Positions 8,709 to 17,136 of a DNA stretch of 64,000 bases are shown here, in pieces. A program made the translations under genes and the position numbers. The notes under the pieces were generated by a model that saw only the letters and a program-made list of their open reading frames with translations, was not told the DNA's origin and searched no databases. This DNA is from a virus (taxonomy: Duplodnaviria; Heunggongvirae; Uroviricota; Caudoviricetes). The stretch lies in the IMG/VR virus record IMGVR_UViG_3300042889_001305; one strand, given 5' to 3'. Within the stretch, counting starts at the first letter, position 1, and each line of letters begins with the position of its first letter.

Positions 8709-10204
8709 TGATATATTCCTCCTGAGTTTGACGTTAATTCTCCTTTCATTTTTCTATGAGAGAACCCGTGTATTTTTTCAAAGTTATCACCAATGACATG
8801 AATCATATTTTTTCTTTTCTTAAAATTAATAGATTCATCTTTTAAAATGATTTCTTCGATGTATTGTTTAAAATTTGTTCCTTTTTGAAATGCTCTTTTT
8901 TCCTGGTCTAAAATCTCATCAGGCAGTTTACCTCTGAATGCATTAGCAAGTGGTAATTTCCATTGACCTCCTTTAGATAAGTATTCATCGGTTAAATTAG
9001 TAGTATAGTTTAAAAATTCGGTATCAAAGAATGGGCATCTTAATTCGATTGTTCCATAATTCATAAAGATAGTATTACCTCTTAATAGGTTACCATAGTA
9101 TTGTTTTTCAAATAACTTTTTACGAACATCACTCCAATCTGGTTTCTTACTGAACATACGGAATGTACCATACGAACCATAGGATTCATCAGAACCCTCA
9201 CCACTAAATGCTACCTTAATACCATCTCTTGCCATTTGTTCTGCAATAAAGGATTGTAGGATACCCACTTCCATTTGAACGGTCGATGGATATTCGATTA
9301 CTCTAATTGAATCTAAAAATCTTTGTTTAATTATTTCTTCATCTTTAGGAACAAATACTTCAACTAACTCCACTCCTAAATACTCCGCACATACTCTTGC
9401 CTTTTGTAAATCCTTTGAGGTTTCATCAAATGCAATTGTGTATGCTTTTAGGTTTGGTATACGTTGTGATAGTAGGTAGGTAATGATTGCAGAATCAATC
9501 CCACCACTTAGTGATGTAGCAATTGGTACATCTGATAATAATCTTTTATCTACTGCAGTTTCTAATAACTTAAATGTAGTTTCACCAACTTCTTCATGTG
9601 ATGCCGGTATAGTAGGTTCGTTTGAGAATTGAAAATAATAATCTTTATGAACTACAATCGTATCAGTATTTAAATCAATTTCTACCAATGAATTCTTAGG
9701 TACAAACTTAATATCTGAACTCTTTACCTGTGTTGTAATGGATTTCAATTCACTAGCGATGATATAGTTGTTTGTATTGTGAATATAAAGGGGCAATTTA
9801 CCCACCCAGTCCCTCGATAGTATCAACTTATCATTATCGTATATAATGAATGAGAACATACCCTCTAATCTCTTTAATTCACCTTCCTTGTAAAGATATA
9901 GAATAATTTCTGAATCTGAATTAGATTTAAAGTGATACCCCCTTCCTTCGTATTCTTTACGCAATTGAGGATAGTTCCAAATCTCACCATTGACTACCAA
10001 TTCAACTCCATCCCATTCCATAGGTTGATTACCCAATGGTGAAGTATCGTTGATTGATAATCGGTTATGTCCTAAGATAATATGTTTATCGTTATATTGG
10101 AATTCTTTAATACCACGATTATCTCTACCACGATGCTCAATTGCTTCGAGCATTACATTCACATCATCTCTTTTATATCCAATCGTTGCTACAATTCCAC
10201 ACAT
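8699..10204 (-). CDS. Asparagine synthetase (glutamine-hydrolysing)-like amidotransferase
   Basis: The N-terminal MCGI carries the Cys2 nucleophile of class II glutamine amidotransferases. The PP-loop SLSGGIDSAIITYL is an ATP pyrophosphatase motif. 501 aa. Its stop overlaps the start of the PLP enzyme gene. Confidence 0.85.
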   Translation of the reverse strand: MCGIVATIGYKRDDVNVMLEAIEHRGRDNRGIKEFQYNDKHIILGHNRLSINDTSPLGNQPMEWDGVELVVNGEIWNYPQLRKEYEGRGYHFKSNSDSEIILYLYKEGELKRLEGMFSFIIYDNDKLILSRDWVGKLPLYIHNTNNYIIASELKSITTQVKSSDIKFVPKNSLVEIDLNTDTIVVHKDYYFQFSNEPTIPASHEEVGETTFKLLETAVDKRLLSDVPIATSLSGGIDSAIITYLLSQRIPNLKAYTIAFDETSKDLQKARVCAEYLGVELVEVFVPKDEEIIKQRFLDSIRVIEYPSTVQMEVGILQSFIAEQMARDGIKVAFSGEGSDESYGSYGTFRMFSKKPDWSDVRKKLFEKQYYGNLLRGNTIFMNYGTIELRCPFFDTEFLNYTTNLTDEYLSKGGQWKLPLANAFRGKLPDEILDQEKRAFQKGTNFKQYIEEIILKDESINFKKRKNMIHVIGDNFEKIHGFSHRKMKGELTSNSGGIYQWI

Positions 10205-10209
10205 ATTAT

Positions 10210-10632
10210 TTATTTTATATCAGCTTCTACGTCTTTTAAATTCATTTCTATCATTTTCAACTCATCATTTAACCAATCATATTTTCCAAATGCTATATCC
10301 TTTATCTTTGCATTGATTTCCCAACGTTGAATAATATCTCCTACTACATTTAATTCTAATAATTGAAACGAAATTGTATTAGTTTGTTTAGATTTATTTT
10401 CTGCTAATCCCTTGCAAATAATTGAAGCAATTGGAATTTCTGAAGTTTCATACATCTCAATTGTTAAATCACCCCAATTTACCCACCCATCATCATAAAC
10501 ACAAACTACTTTTAATTCACTCATTTTATGGACCGCATATGTTGGGATAACAAATGGGGAATTAAATTCAATTAAAAATCTATTTACTTTTTGTGGTTCA
10601 AATGCTACGAACTCTTGTTGTTCTTTTTTCAT
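10210..10632 (-). CDS. Hypothetical protein (140 aa)
   Basis: ATG start that overlaps the stop of the TS-like gene (translational coupling). No recognisable motif. Confidence 0.45.
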   Translation of the reverse strand: MKKEQQEFVAFEPQKVNRFLIEFNSPFVIPTYAVHKMSELKVVCVYDDGWVNWGDLTIEMYETSEIPIASIICKGLAENKSKQTNTISFQLLELNVVGDIIQRWEINAKIKDIAFGKYDWLNDELKMIEMNLKDVEADIK

Positions 10633-10633
10633 A

Positions 10634-11332
10634 TTATTTATTTAATACTTCTAATAACTTATGAGTCTTTTTCGTTTCATCATTCATTTTACCGATATGA
10701 CAAGAACAAGCTAAAACTGAAACTTTCCCTAACTCCATACCACTTTCTCTCGCTAAGAACTTACCCATCTCAACCAATGCAGTGTAATCTGCGTAACCTG
10801 ATTTGGATACTCTATTTGAACGAATGATTGATGTTAGGTAGATTTTACCACCACGAGGTTTAATATCAATCCCTAACATACAAGGTTGTGAGTATGGATT
10901 CCTAGCATCTCTGCTCGGGTCAAAGATAATCAATTCACATCTCTTAACTGCTTTACCAGTTTTAAGGATTTTAATTACATTTTCTACTTGATTAAATGTT
11001 CCTTGCCATGCAATCATTCTACCCCAATATGAATCATGCCAGTGGTCTTTAATGAATTTGTATTCCAATCCCTCTTCGGCTACAAAGAATGGGTTATCCG
11101 ATACCTTTGGTTGTGGTTCTAAGAAGGTTACGGTCTTTGCGTAATCAATTCTATCATCTCCCATAATTTCTCTAAAATGTGGGTCGAACCATTCATCAGA
11201 TTTAAATTCGGTGATTTCTGTCATTACGTTTAACTCTTCGGTTAAATCGCCTACCTTTACGCCATTGGCAATAAGGTGTTTAGATACCTTTACCCATGCA
11301 TCTCCCGGAGATGTTGCTTCTATAACTGTCAT
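10634..11332 (-). CDS. Thymidylate synthase-family enzyme (dNMP 5-hydroxymethylase/methylase-like), short form
   Basis: SQPCMLGIDIK carries the Pro-Cys nucleophile. KIYLTSIIRSNRVSKSGYADYTALVEM parallels TS [27 protein letters not shown], and VSVLACSCHI parallels the TS C-terminal block. It is 232 aa, shorter than ThyA and closer in size to phage dCMP/dUMP hydroxymethylases. Confidence 0.75.
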   Translation of the reverse strand: MTVIEATSPGDAWVKVSKHLIANGVKVGDLTEELNVMTEITEFKSDEWFDPHFREIMGDDRIDYAKTVTFLEPQPKVSDNPFFVAEEGLEYKFIKDHWHDSYWGRMIAWQGTFNQVENVIKILKTGKAVKRCELIIFDPSRDARNPYSQPCMLGIDIKPRGGKIYLTSIIRSNRVSKSGYADYTALVEMGKFLARESGMELGKVSVLACSCHIGKMNDETKKTHKLLEVLNK

Positions 11333-11338
11333 ATTATT

Positions 11339-12559
11339 TTATTTTATTTTTTTCCAAATCCAAATGGGTTCACCAAATGCATTATTTTTATTGAGTTCTG
11401 TTTTTTCTTTGAGTTCTTCTGCAAAATATTCAGATTTAGCATTTCCTGCACCGCCGGAATTAAACCTTTTTGTCATTTCCATTCCAATACAACCCATATA
11501 TTCTAATCCCTCTGATTTAATAAAGTCATTCATAGCATTTACAATATCAACATACCCCTTATCTGGTGCTGAAAATACATCTGCAATATTAACTGCTAAT
11601 AACCCACCCTTCTTTAAGGTAGGGATTATTTTTTTAATTGTTTTATGTAGGAAATTGGTATTCCAATCATCTATCTTTTTATAGCGTAAATAACTTTGAG
11701 TATCATGTGTGGAATACTTTTCAGTATTGAAGTATGGAGGTGAAGTGAAGATTGTATCAAAAAAGTTTTCATATTTGGAATAATCCACATCTTCTGCCGG
11801 TAACTTTATCAGTTCCACAGTTTTAGGATTCTCAAAAAACGTTTTGTGTTTCTGATAAAATTCTATTTGGTTTTCATAATTTGGGTGATTATCTAAATTA
11901 GGGTCTATACCAACATAATGTTTACCCGTTTCACTTGCAAAGAATCCACATAATCTATCTCCCCAACCTGCTGAAAAATCTAATATATTCTCACTTTGGA
12001 ATCTATCATAAAATGCTTTAGCAATTACAGGTTTGAATTGTGATGCCACATACTTTCGTAATGTAGTTGCCATCTTTAGTGTTTCCTTATTTACATCAGT
12101 TAGGACTTGTTCTAATGTGAAGAATGCCCGAACTATGGTTTTTATACCATTAACTGTCTGCCATGTCTTCCAACCTGATGGTGTTCTTGACCAATCTACC
12201 TTCCATCGATTTTCTATATGGAATGGGTTGGATGCGTTATTACCAACATTCGTTCTTTTAAAGTAATAATTACTACTATCAAATGTAAGTGGATATGCAG
12301 ATTCCCTTTCATTACGCGGAAACCATTCTCCCTCCACTAAAATATCCGGCCACCAAGTACCCTTTAACTTTTTATATGCATCAATCGTTTCTTGTTCTGT
12401 AATAATAGGAATAGGTGGTGGATAAGTATGTAATACTTCTGATAATGTTTCTACTATCTCTTCCTTTTCAAATGTATTTAGTATATGTTTCCACTCCTCC
12501 TTATCAATATTGATATAGGGGGTCATTCCATAAAACTTTTTGAAATATTCTTTTATCAT
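11339..12559 (-). CDS. SAM-dependent amino-methyltransferase-like protein (SPPY motif), paralog P2
   Basis: LDFSAGWGDRLCGFFA (motif I) and FTSPPYFNTEKY (motif IV). The N-terminus MIKEYFKKFYGMTPY matches the P3 N-terminus MYIEYFDKFYGMTPY. I therefore take the ATG at 12557-12559 rather than the track's TTG at 12667. AGGAAAA lies 12 nt upstream. Confidence 0.6.
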   Translation of the reverse strand: MIKEYFKKFYGMTPYINIDKEEWKHILNTFEKEEIVETLSEVLHTYPPPIPIITEQETIDAYKKLKGTWWPDILVEGEWFPRNERESAYPLTFDSSNYYFKRTNVGNNASNPFHIENRWKVDWSRTPSGWKTWQTVNGIKTIVRAFFTLEQVLTDVNKETLKMATTLRKYVASQFKPVIAKAFYDRFQSENILDFSAGWGDRLCGFFASETGKHYVGIDPNLDNHPNYENQIEFYQKHKTFFENPKTVELIKLPAEDVDYSKYENFFDTIFTSPPYFNTEKYSTHDTQSYLRYKKIDDWNTNFLHKTIKKIIPTLKKGGLLAVNIADVFSAPDKGYVDIVNAMNDFIKSEGLEYMGCIGMEMTKRFNSGGAGNAKSEYFAEELKEKTELNKNNAFGEPIWIWKKIK

Positions 12560-12563
12560 TAAA

Positions 12564-13796
12564 TTACATTTTCCTAAATACCCATACCGGTTCGCAGAAA
12601 GTTTTACCGGCATTTTCAATTGCCTTTTGCTTTTCTTCTTCGGAATATCGGTCTTCATCTCCCTCAATCATTGCACCTGCTCCAATTGAACCTGGCCTCT
12701 TAGCCATTTCCATACCTAAACATCCTTGATACTCTGCACCTTCTAATGTGGAAATAAAATCGTTCATTGGGTTAGTGATTTCCTGTTGACCTTTGCCATC
12801 ACCCTTTGAGGATGCATATACATCTGCGATATTAACTGCTAGATACCCACCCTTACGGATAGTAGGCCATACTTTTTCAATCGTTGCATGTAAGAATAAT
12901 TTATTCCATGCATCAATATTTTTATATCGAATCCAACTTTGAGTATCATCATATGAATATCTCTCTACGTTGAAATATGGTGGCGAACTGAATACAATAT
13001 CAAAGTAATCGGTATACTCACTATAATCCATATCCTCTGCGGGAGAACAATGAAAGGTTGCCCTCTTATCAGTTTCAAAAAAACCATTATTCTTTTTATA
13101 GAATTCGGCTTGTTTTTCGTATATTGGATGATTTTCTTTACGCGGGTCAATACCTACATAATGCTCACCATATTCTGATGCGAAAAATCCACATAATCTA
13201 TCACCCCATCCAGCAGAAATATCTAATACATTCTTTGCTTGAACGAAATCATAAAGTGCCTTTGCTACGTTTGGTTTGAACTGAGAACAAATATACTTTC
13301 TTAAAGATAGACAAGTTCTTAGGGTATTTTTACTAACCTCATCAAATTTTAGGGTATACATTCCACCGATTAGTGAAAACATAAAATCAGGGTTATTCCA
13401 AGTACGGAATGGGCCAGGCGATACTGTCCCATCTACGCTCCATCTATTTGCTTGTTGAAAATGATTCGATGCCCCATTACCAGTATTCAGCCTTCTTACA
13501 TATTGTTGTTTACCTTGAAATCCTAATGGATAACGGGTTTCAGATGCCTTACGAGGAAACCACTCACCTTCGGTTAGAAGTTCGTGATAACGAGTTCCTT
13601 TTAATTTAAGATACTCTTTTCTTGCATCCTCTTCAGAAATATCTGCATATGGTAATTCATATGTCATACATACTTTGGCAAGAGATTCCTTAACGTCTTC
13701 TCTTTGGTATGTTTTTTTAATGTGAGACCACTCTTCCTTACCGATATAAAGATATGGTGTCATACCATAAAATTTATCAAAATACTCTATATACAT
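12564..13796 (-). CDS. SAM-dependent amino-methyltransferase-like protein (SPPY motif), paralog P3
   Basis: LDISAGWGDRLCGFFA and FSSPPYFNVERY. It sits in tandem with P2 and is collinear with it over the whole length. ATG start, with a host-type promoter 36 nt upstream. Confidence 0.6.
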   Translation of the reverse strand: MYIEYFDKFYGMTPYLYIGKEEWSHIKKTYQREDVKESLAKVCMTYELPYADISEEDARKEYLKLKGTRYHELLTEGEWFPRKASETRYPLGFQGKQQYVRRLNTGNGASNHFQQANRWSVDGTVSPGPFRTWNNPDFMFSLIGGMYTLKFDEVSKNTLRTCLSLRKYICSQFKPNVAKALYDFVQAKNVLDISAGWGDRLCGFFASEYGEHYVGIDPRKENHPIYEKQAEFYKKNNGFFETDKRATFHCSPAEDMDYSEYTDYFDIVFSSPPYFNVERYSYDDTQSWIRYKNIDAWNKLFLHATIEKVWPTIRKGGYLAVNIADVYASSKGDGKGQQEITNPMNDFISTLEGAEYQGCLGMEMAKRPGSIGAGAMIEGDEDRYSEEEKQKAIENAGKTFCEPVWVFRKM

Positions 13797-13831
13797 AACC
13801 TTTTATTATTTTATTCAGTTTATATTTTATC

Positions 13832-13863
13832 AAAGATACGAAAAATATTCCGTATTTCCAAAT
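13832..13863 (-). promoter_or_regulatory. Bacteroidetes sigma-A-type promoter (minus strand TTTG-N20-TATCTTTG) heading the modification operon
   Basis: The reverse complement reads TTTGGAAATACGGAATATTTTTCGTATCTTTG, which is -33 TTTG, a 20 nt spacer and -7 TAnnTTTG. The spacer contains the inverted repeat ATACG-N10-CGTAT. Confidence 0.6.
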
Positions 13864-14048
13864 CAAATGTGTGTCCACGTTTGACGTTTTACAATTTCTG
13901 AAATATTCCACTTACTAACTTTAAAGTTTCTTGCTATAACATTAACTGAAAACCCTTTCTTAAAAAGGTCTCTTATTGATATAACTTGCTCGTTTGTTAG
14001 TTTAGCCTTAGGATGATTTTCCCCTCGTCTATTATTGGATACATTCAT
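13863..14048 (-). CDS. Small helix-turn-helix protein
   Basis: GENHPKAKLTNEQVISIRDLFKKGFSVNVIARNFKVSKWNISEIVKRQTWTHI resembles the C-terminal DNA-binding module that I recall from phage HNH/GIY homing endonucleases. It is freestanding at 61 aa and overlaps the thioredoxin stop. Confidence 0.4.
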   Translation of the reverse strand: MNVSNNRRGENHPKAKLTNEQVISIRDLFKKGFSVNVIARNFKVSKWNISEIVKRQTWTHI

Positions 14049-14295
14049 TTATTGCGTTTATATATGCCATCTTCGAAGACATTCCAGTAAAGCGATTTAT
14101 TTCTTTACCATCTTTTTCAATGATTACGGTCGGTACTGAACGAATTCCGTACTTTGTTGCCTCATCATATGCGATATCTACATCGTAATCTTCAAATTTA
14201 ACATTTGAAAATTGATTTTTTATTTCATTAATAACCGGAGCTAATGCTCTACAAGGGCCACACCACACTGCTGAAAATTTCTTAACTGTTACCAT
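14032..14295 (-). CDS. Thioredoxin/glutaredoxin-like protein, likely the RNR reductant
   Basis: WCGPC active site. The track start is GTG at 14325. I prefer the ATG at 14293-14295 (MVTVKKFSAVWCGPC). It lies immediately downstream of nrdA. Confidence 0.8.
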   Translation of the reverse strand: MVTVKKFSAVWCGPCRALAPVINEIKNQFSNVKFEDYDVDIAYDEATKYGIRSVPTVIIEKDGKEINRFTGMSSKMAYINAINECIQ

Positions 14296-14314
14296 TTTGT
14301 TTTTTCCTTTTTGT

Positions 14315-16096
14315 TTATCCTTCACAACTTACACATTCAGGGTCCATTGCCTTTGTAGCAATATCGCCTCTTAATACGGATTCCGTTCTCATGTAGTACA
14401 ATGTCTTAACTCCTTGTTTCCAAGCCTCCATTGTTACCTGATTAATCCATTTAGGTTCTGCAATTGCAGGGAATGCTAAGTTTAGTGAAACTGATTGGTC
14501 TATATATTGTTGTCTAATACCCGCCTGTCTTACTAAATCTAATTGGTTAATTTCTTTGAATGTTTTAAATACATCCTTAACATTAAATGTTTTATGTTTG
14601 TCTTCAGGTAATACCTCTTCACAAAGAATTGCTTTACCATTTACAAAACACCAATTATCTAATTCTGCTATATCTTGAATAGAACCACCATCTTCTAAAA
14701 TCTTATCCCAAATTTCTTTGGTATTGATTCCCACTTTTTTAAGTAGTTTTTCTAATTCAGAATTTCTACGAATGAATGTTCCTTTTGAAGTTTGTTCCGT
14801 AAATACATTTGCTGCCCACGGCTCAATACCAGAACTTACATCTCCACTCAATTTAGAGTTAGAAACTGTTGGTGCGATTGCACGTAAGTGAGTATTACGG
14901 AAACCACTATCTCTACACCAAAGTGGTTCACCATATTCAGATGCCATATCTCTACTTGCTCTTTCAGATTCAATTTTCATTTGAGAAAATATCTTACGAG
15001 TTTCAAATTGAGCAGGCATTCCTTCAAATGGAATTCCTCTTTGTTGTAGGTAAGTATGCCATCCTAATACACCTAACCCCAATGCTCTACCTTTTTCTGC
15101 TGAACGAACTGCATTTTCAAATCCTTTCATATTCTTAGCCTTTTGTATGAATTCTGAAAGAACTCCATCTAAGAAATAAGTTGATGTGTAAATCAAATCC
15201 GTATCCTTCCACTCATCATATTTTGCTAAGTTTAAAGAACTTAGGCAACAAACGAATGAATGTGATTCATCGGTATGTAATACAATTTCAGAACAGATAT
15301 TAGTCATAAAAACTTTCAATCCATTTTGTTTGTACATAGATGGGTTTTGCTTATTAACATTACCCTTAAATAAGATATAAGGTTCACCTGTTGCTTTTCT
15401 TTTCTGAAGTAGTTTACTCCATTTTCTTCTAGCCTCAGATTCTCCATCTTGTAGTTTTCTCATAAACTTATCACCCACAACTGCACATTGATGAAGATTT
15501 AAACATTGACGATTAACATCACCCTTCGGTTCTCTAATCTCCAACCAATCTTCAAAATCTTTATGTTCGATGTTTAAGTTTACTGATGCTGCACCTCTTC
15601 TTACCGAACCTTGATTCGTTGCAAGAATAGTTGAGTCATATATTTTAGCAAATGGAACTACTCCATCAGATGTACCATTACCGGTAATCTTTGCACCTGC
15701 TGGTCTGATTTGGTTTATACCAATACCAACTCCACCACCATGCTTTGCTAATAGCATTAATTCTAAATTCTTTGAACCTATATCAAAAATGGAATCTGCT
15801 ACATCTATACCAAAACAACTAATAGGTAATCCCCTATCAGTACCTGTGTTTGATAATACCGGTGTAGCTAAACATAACCATCCTCTCCATATATAATCGA
15901 AAAATTTAGATGCTAGTTGCGGTTGGCCTAATCTCTGTGCTACTTTTGTAGACACTCTCCAATACGCATCTTTCGGTGTTTCTCCCTCAATCAAGTAACC
16001 CTTTGATATGGTTTTAACATATACTTCGGTATTACCCCACTCCGGAAAATCGACACCAAGTTCCCATCCAAATTCTTCACCTTGATTTTTTGCCAT
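14315..16096 (-). CDS. nrdA: Ribonucleoside-diphosphate reductase alpha subunit (class I, no ATP cone)
   Basis: NICSEI (NxCSEI active site), LAKHGGGVG, and the C-terminal pair of Cys CVSCEG. 593 aa. Confidence 0.9.
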   Translation of the reverse strand: MAKNQGEEFGWELGVDFPEWGNTEVYVKTISKGYLIEGETPKDAYWRVSTKVAQRLGQPQLASKFFDYIWRGWLCLATPVLSNTGTDRGLPISCFGIDVADSIFDIGSKNLELMLLAKHGGGVGIGINQIRPAGAKITGNGTSDGVVPFAKIYDSTILATNQGSVRRGAASVNLNIEHKDFEDWLEIREPKGDVNRQCLNLHQCAVVGDKFMRKLQDGESEARRKWSKLLQKRKATGEPYILFKGNVNKQNPSMYKQNGLKVFMTNICSEIVLHTDESHSFVCCLSSLNLAKYDEWKDTDLIYTSTYFLDGVLSEFIQKAKNMKGFENAVRSAEKGRALGLGVLGWHTYLQQRGIPFEGMPAQFETRKIFSQMKIESERASRDMASEYGEPLWCRDSGFRNTHLRAIAPTVSNSKLSGDVSSGIEPWAANVFTEQTSKGTFIRRNSELEKLLKKVGINTKEIWDKILEDGGSIQDIAELDNWCFVNGKAILCEEVLPEDKHKTFNVKDVFKTFKEINQLDLVRQAGIRQQYIDQSVSLNLAFPAIAEPKWINQVTMEAWKQGVKTLYYMRTESVLRGDIATKAMDPECVSCEG

Positions 16097-16109
16097 AATA
16101 TTGTTTTAT

Positions 16110-17123
16110 TTAAAATAAGTCATCCCAATTCTCACCCTCACCTGCTTTTGAATAATCAGTAGGTCTCATTGCGAAGAAATCCGTATGAGTTAAACCTCCA
16201 GTTAGGTGATAGAACCAATCCAATTCAGCTGCTTTCTTTTTATTGAATTCAAAATAATCATCACCGCCAGGCATTGGATTGTATCCTAACTCTGCAAGTT
16301 TCTCATTAATTCGTTTAATAATAAAGTGTTTTAGGTCATCTTTTTTCATATTCTCTAAATCACCCTGTTCAAACATCTTATCAATAAATCTATGTTCTAA
16401 TTCCATTATTAGTTTTGCTGCTTCATAAATTGATACTTTAGCATCTTCTAATAATTCTGGAAATTCATCACACATATGTCTGAATAATTGACATCCCATT
16501 CTACTATGTAGGGATTCATCTCTTACACTCCACTTCATTTGTTGTCCAATTCCTTTTAATTTATTTCTCATTTGGAATGAGTAAAGAACTGCAAATGATG
16601 AATAAAGGGATACACCCTCTGAAAATGCTGAGAATATTGCTAAACTTCTACCAACTTCTTTTCTTGCAATTGGGTTTGTTGCCAAATCCTCATGTGTCCA
16701 ATCCGAAGTAGTTTTTGTTAATAATTCAAACTTTTCTGCAATTGCAGGTTCGTGTAAAAATGCTTCAAAATCATCTAATCCTAAAGTTTCATTTAGATAC
16801 GAATATGCAATTGCGTGAATTGTTTCTTGAGAACCAAACATCATTGCCATCTGACGGATTTCATGTTTTGGAAACCATTGGGTAACCATATTAGTCCAAT
16901 AATCAGATACGGCACACTCAGTCTGAGCAAATCCTAAAAGGATGTTACCTACTAAATTCTTTTCAGAATCAGTTAGAGTTTCATTCCAATCCTTAATATC
17001 ACCTTGCATTGGGATTTCGGTATGTAACCAAAATGCCTGTGCTTGTTTTAACCATCCCTCAGTATAATATATCGGAAATTCAAAAGGTTTGAATGGAATT
17101 CTTTCAGTAAATAGTTTGCTCAT
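16110..17123 (-). CDS. nrdB: Ribonucleotide reductase beta subunit
   Basis: QETIHAIAYSY matches the ExxH iron ligands with the tyrosyl radical region. 337 aa. Adjacent to nrdA. Confidence 0.85.
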   Translation of the reverse strand: MSKLFTERIPFKPFEFPIYYTEGWLKQAQAFWLHTEIPMQGDIKDWNETLTDSEKNLVGNILLGFAQTECAVSDYWTNMVTQWFPKHEIRQMAMMFGSQETIHAIAYSYLNETLGLDDFEAFLHEPAIAEKFELLTKTTSDWTHEDLATNPIARKEVGRSLAIFSAFSEGVSLYSSFAVLYSFQMRNKLKGIGQQMKWSVRDESLHSRMGCQLFRHMCDEFPELLEDAKVSIYEAAKLIMELEHRFIDKMFEQGDLENMKKDDLKHFIIKRINEKLAELGYNPMPGGDDYFEFNKKKAAELDWFYHLTGGLTHTDFFAMRPTDYSKAGEGENWDDLF

Positions 17124-17136
17124 TTTGTAACTTTTT

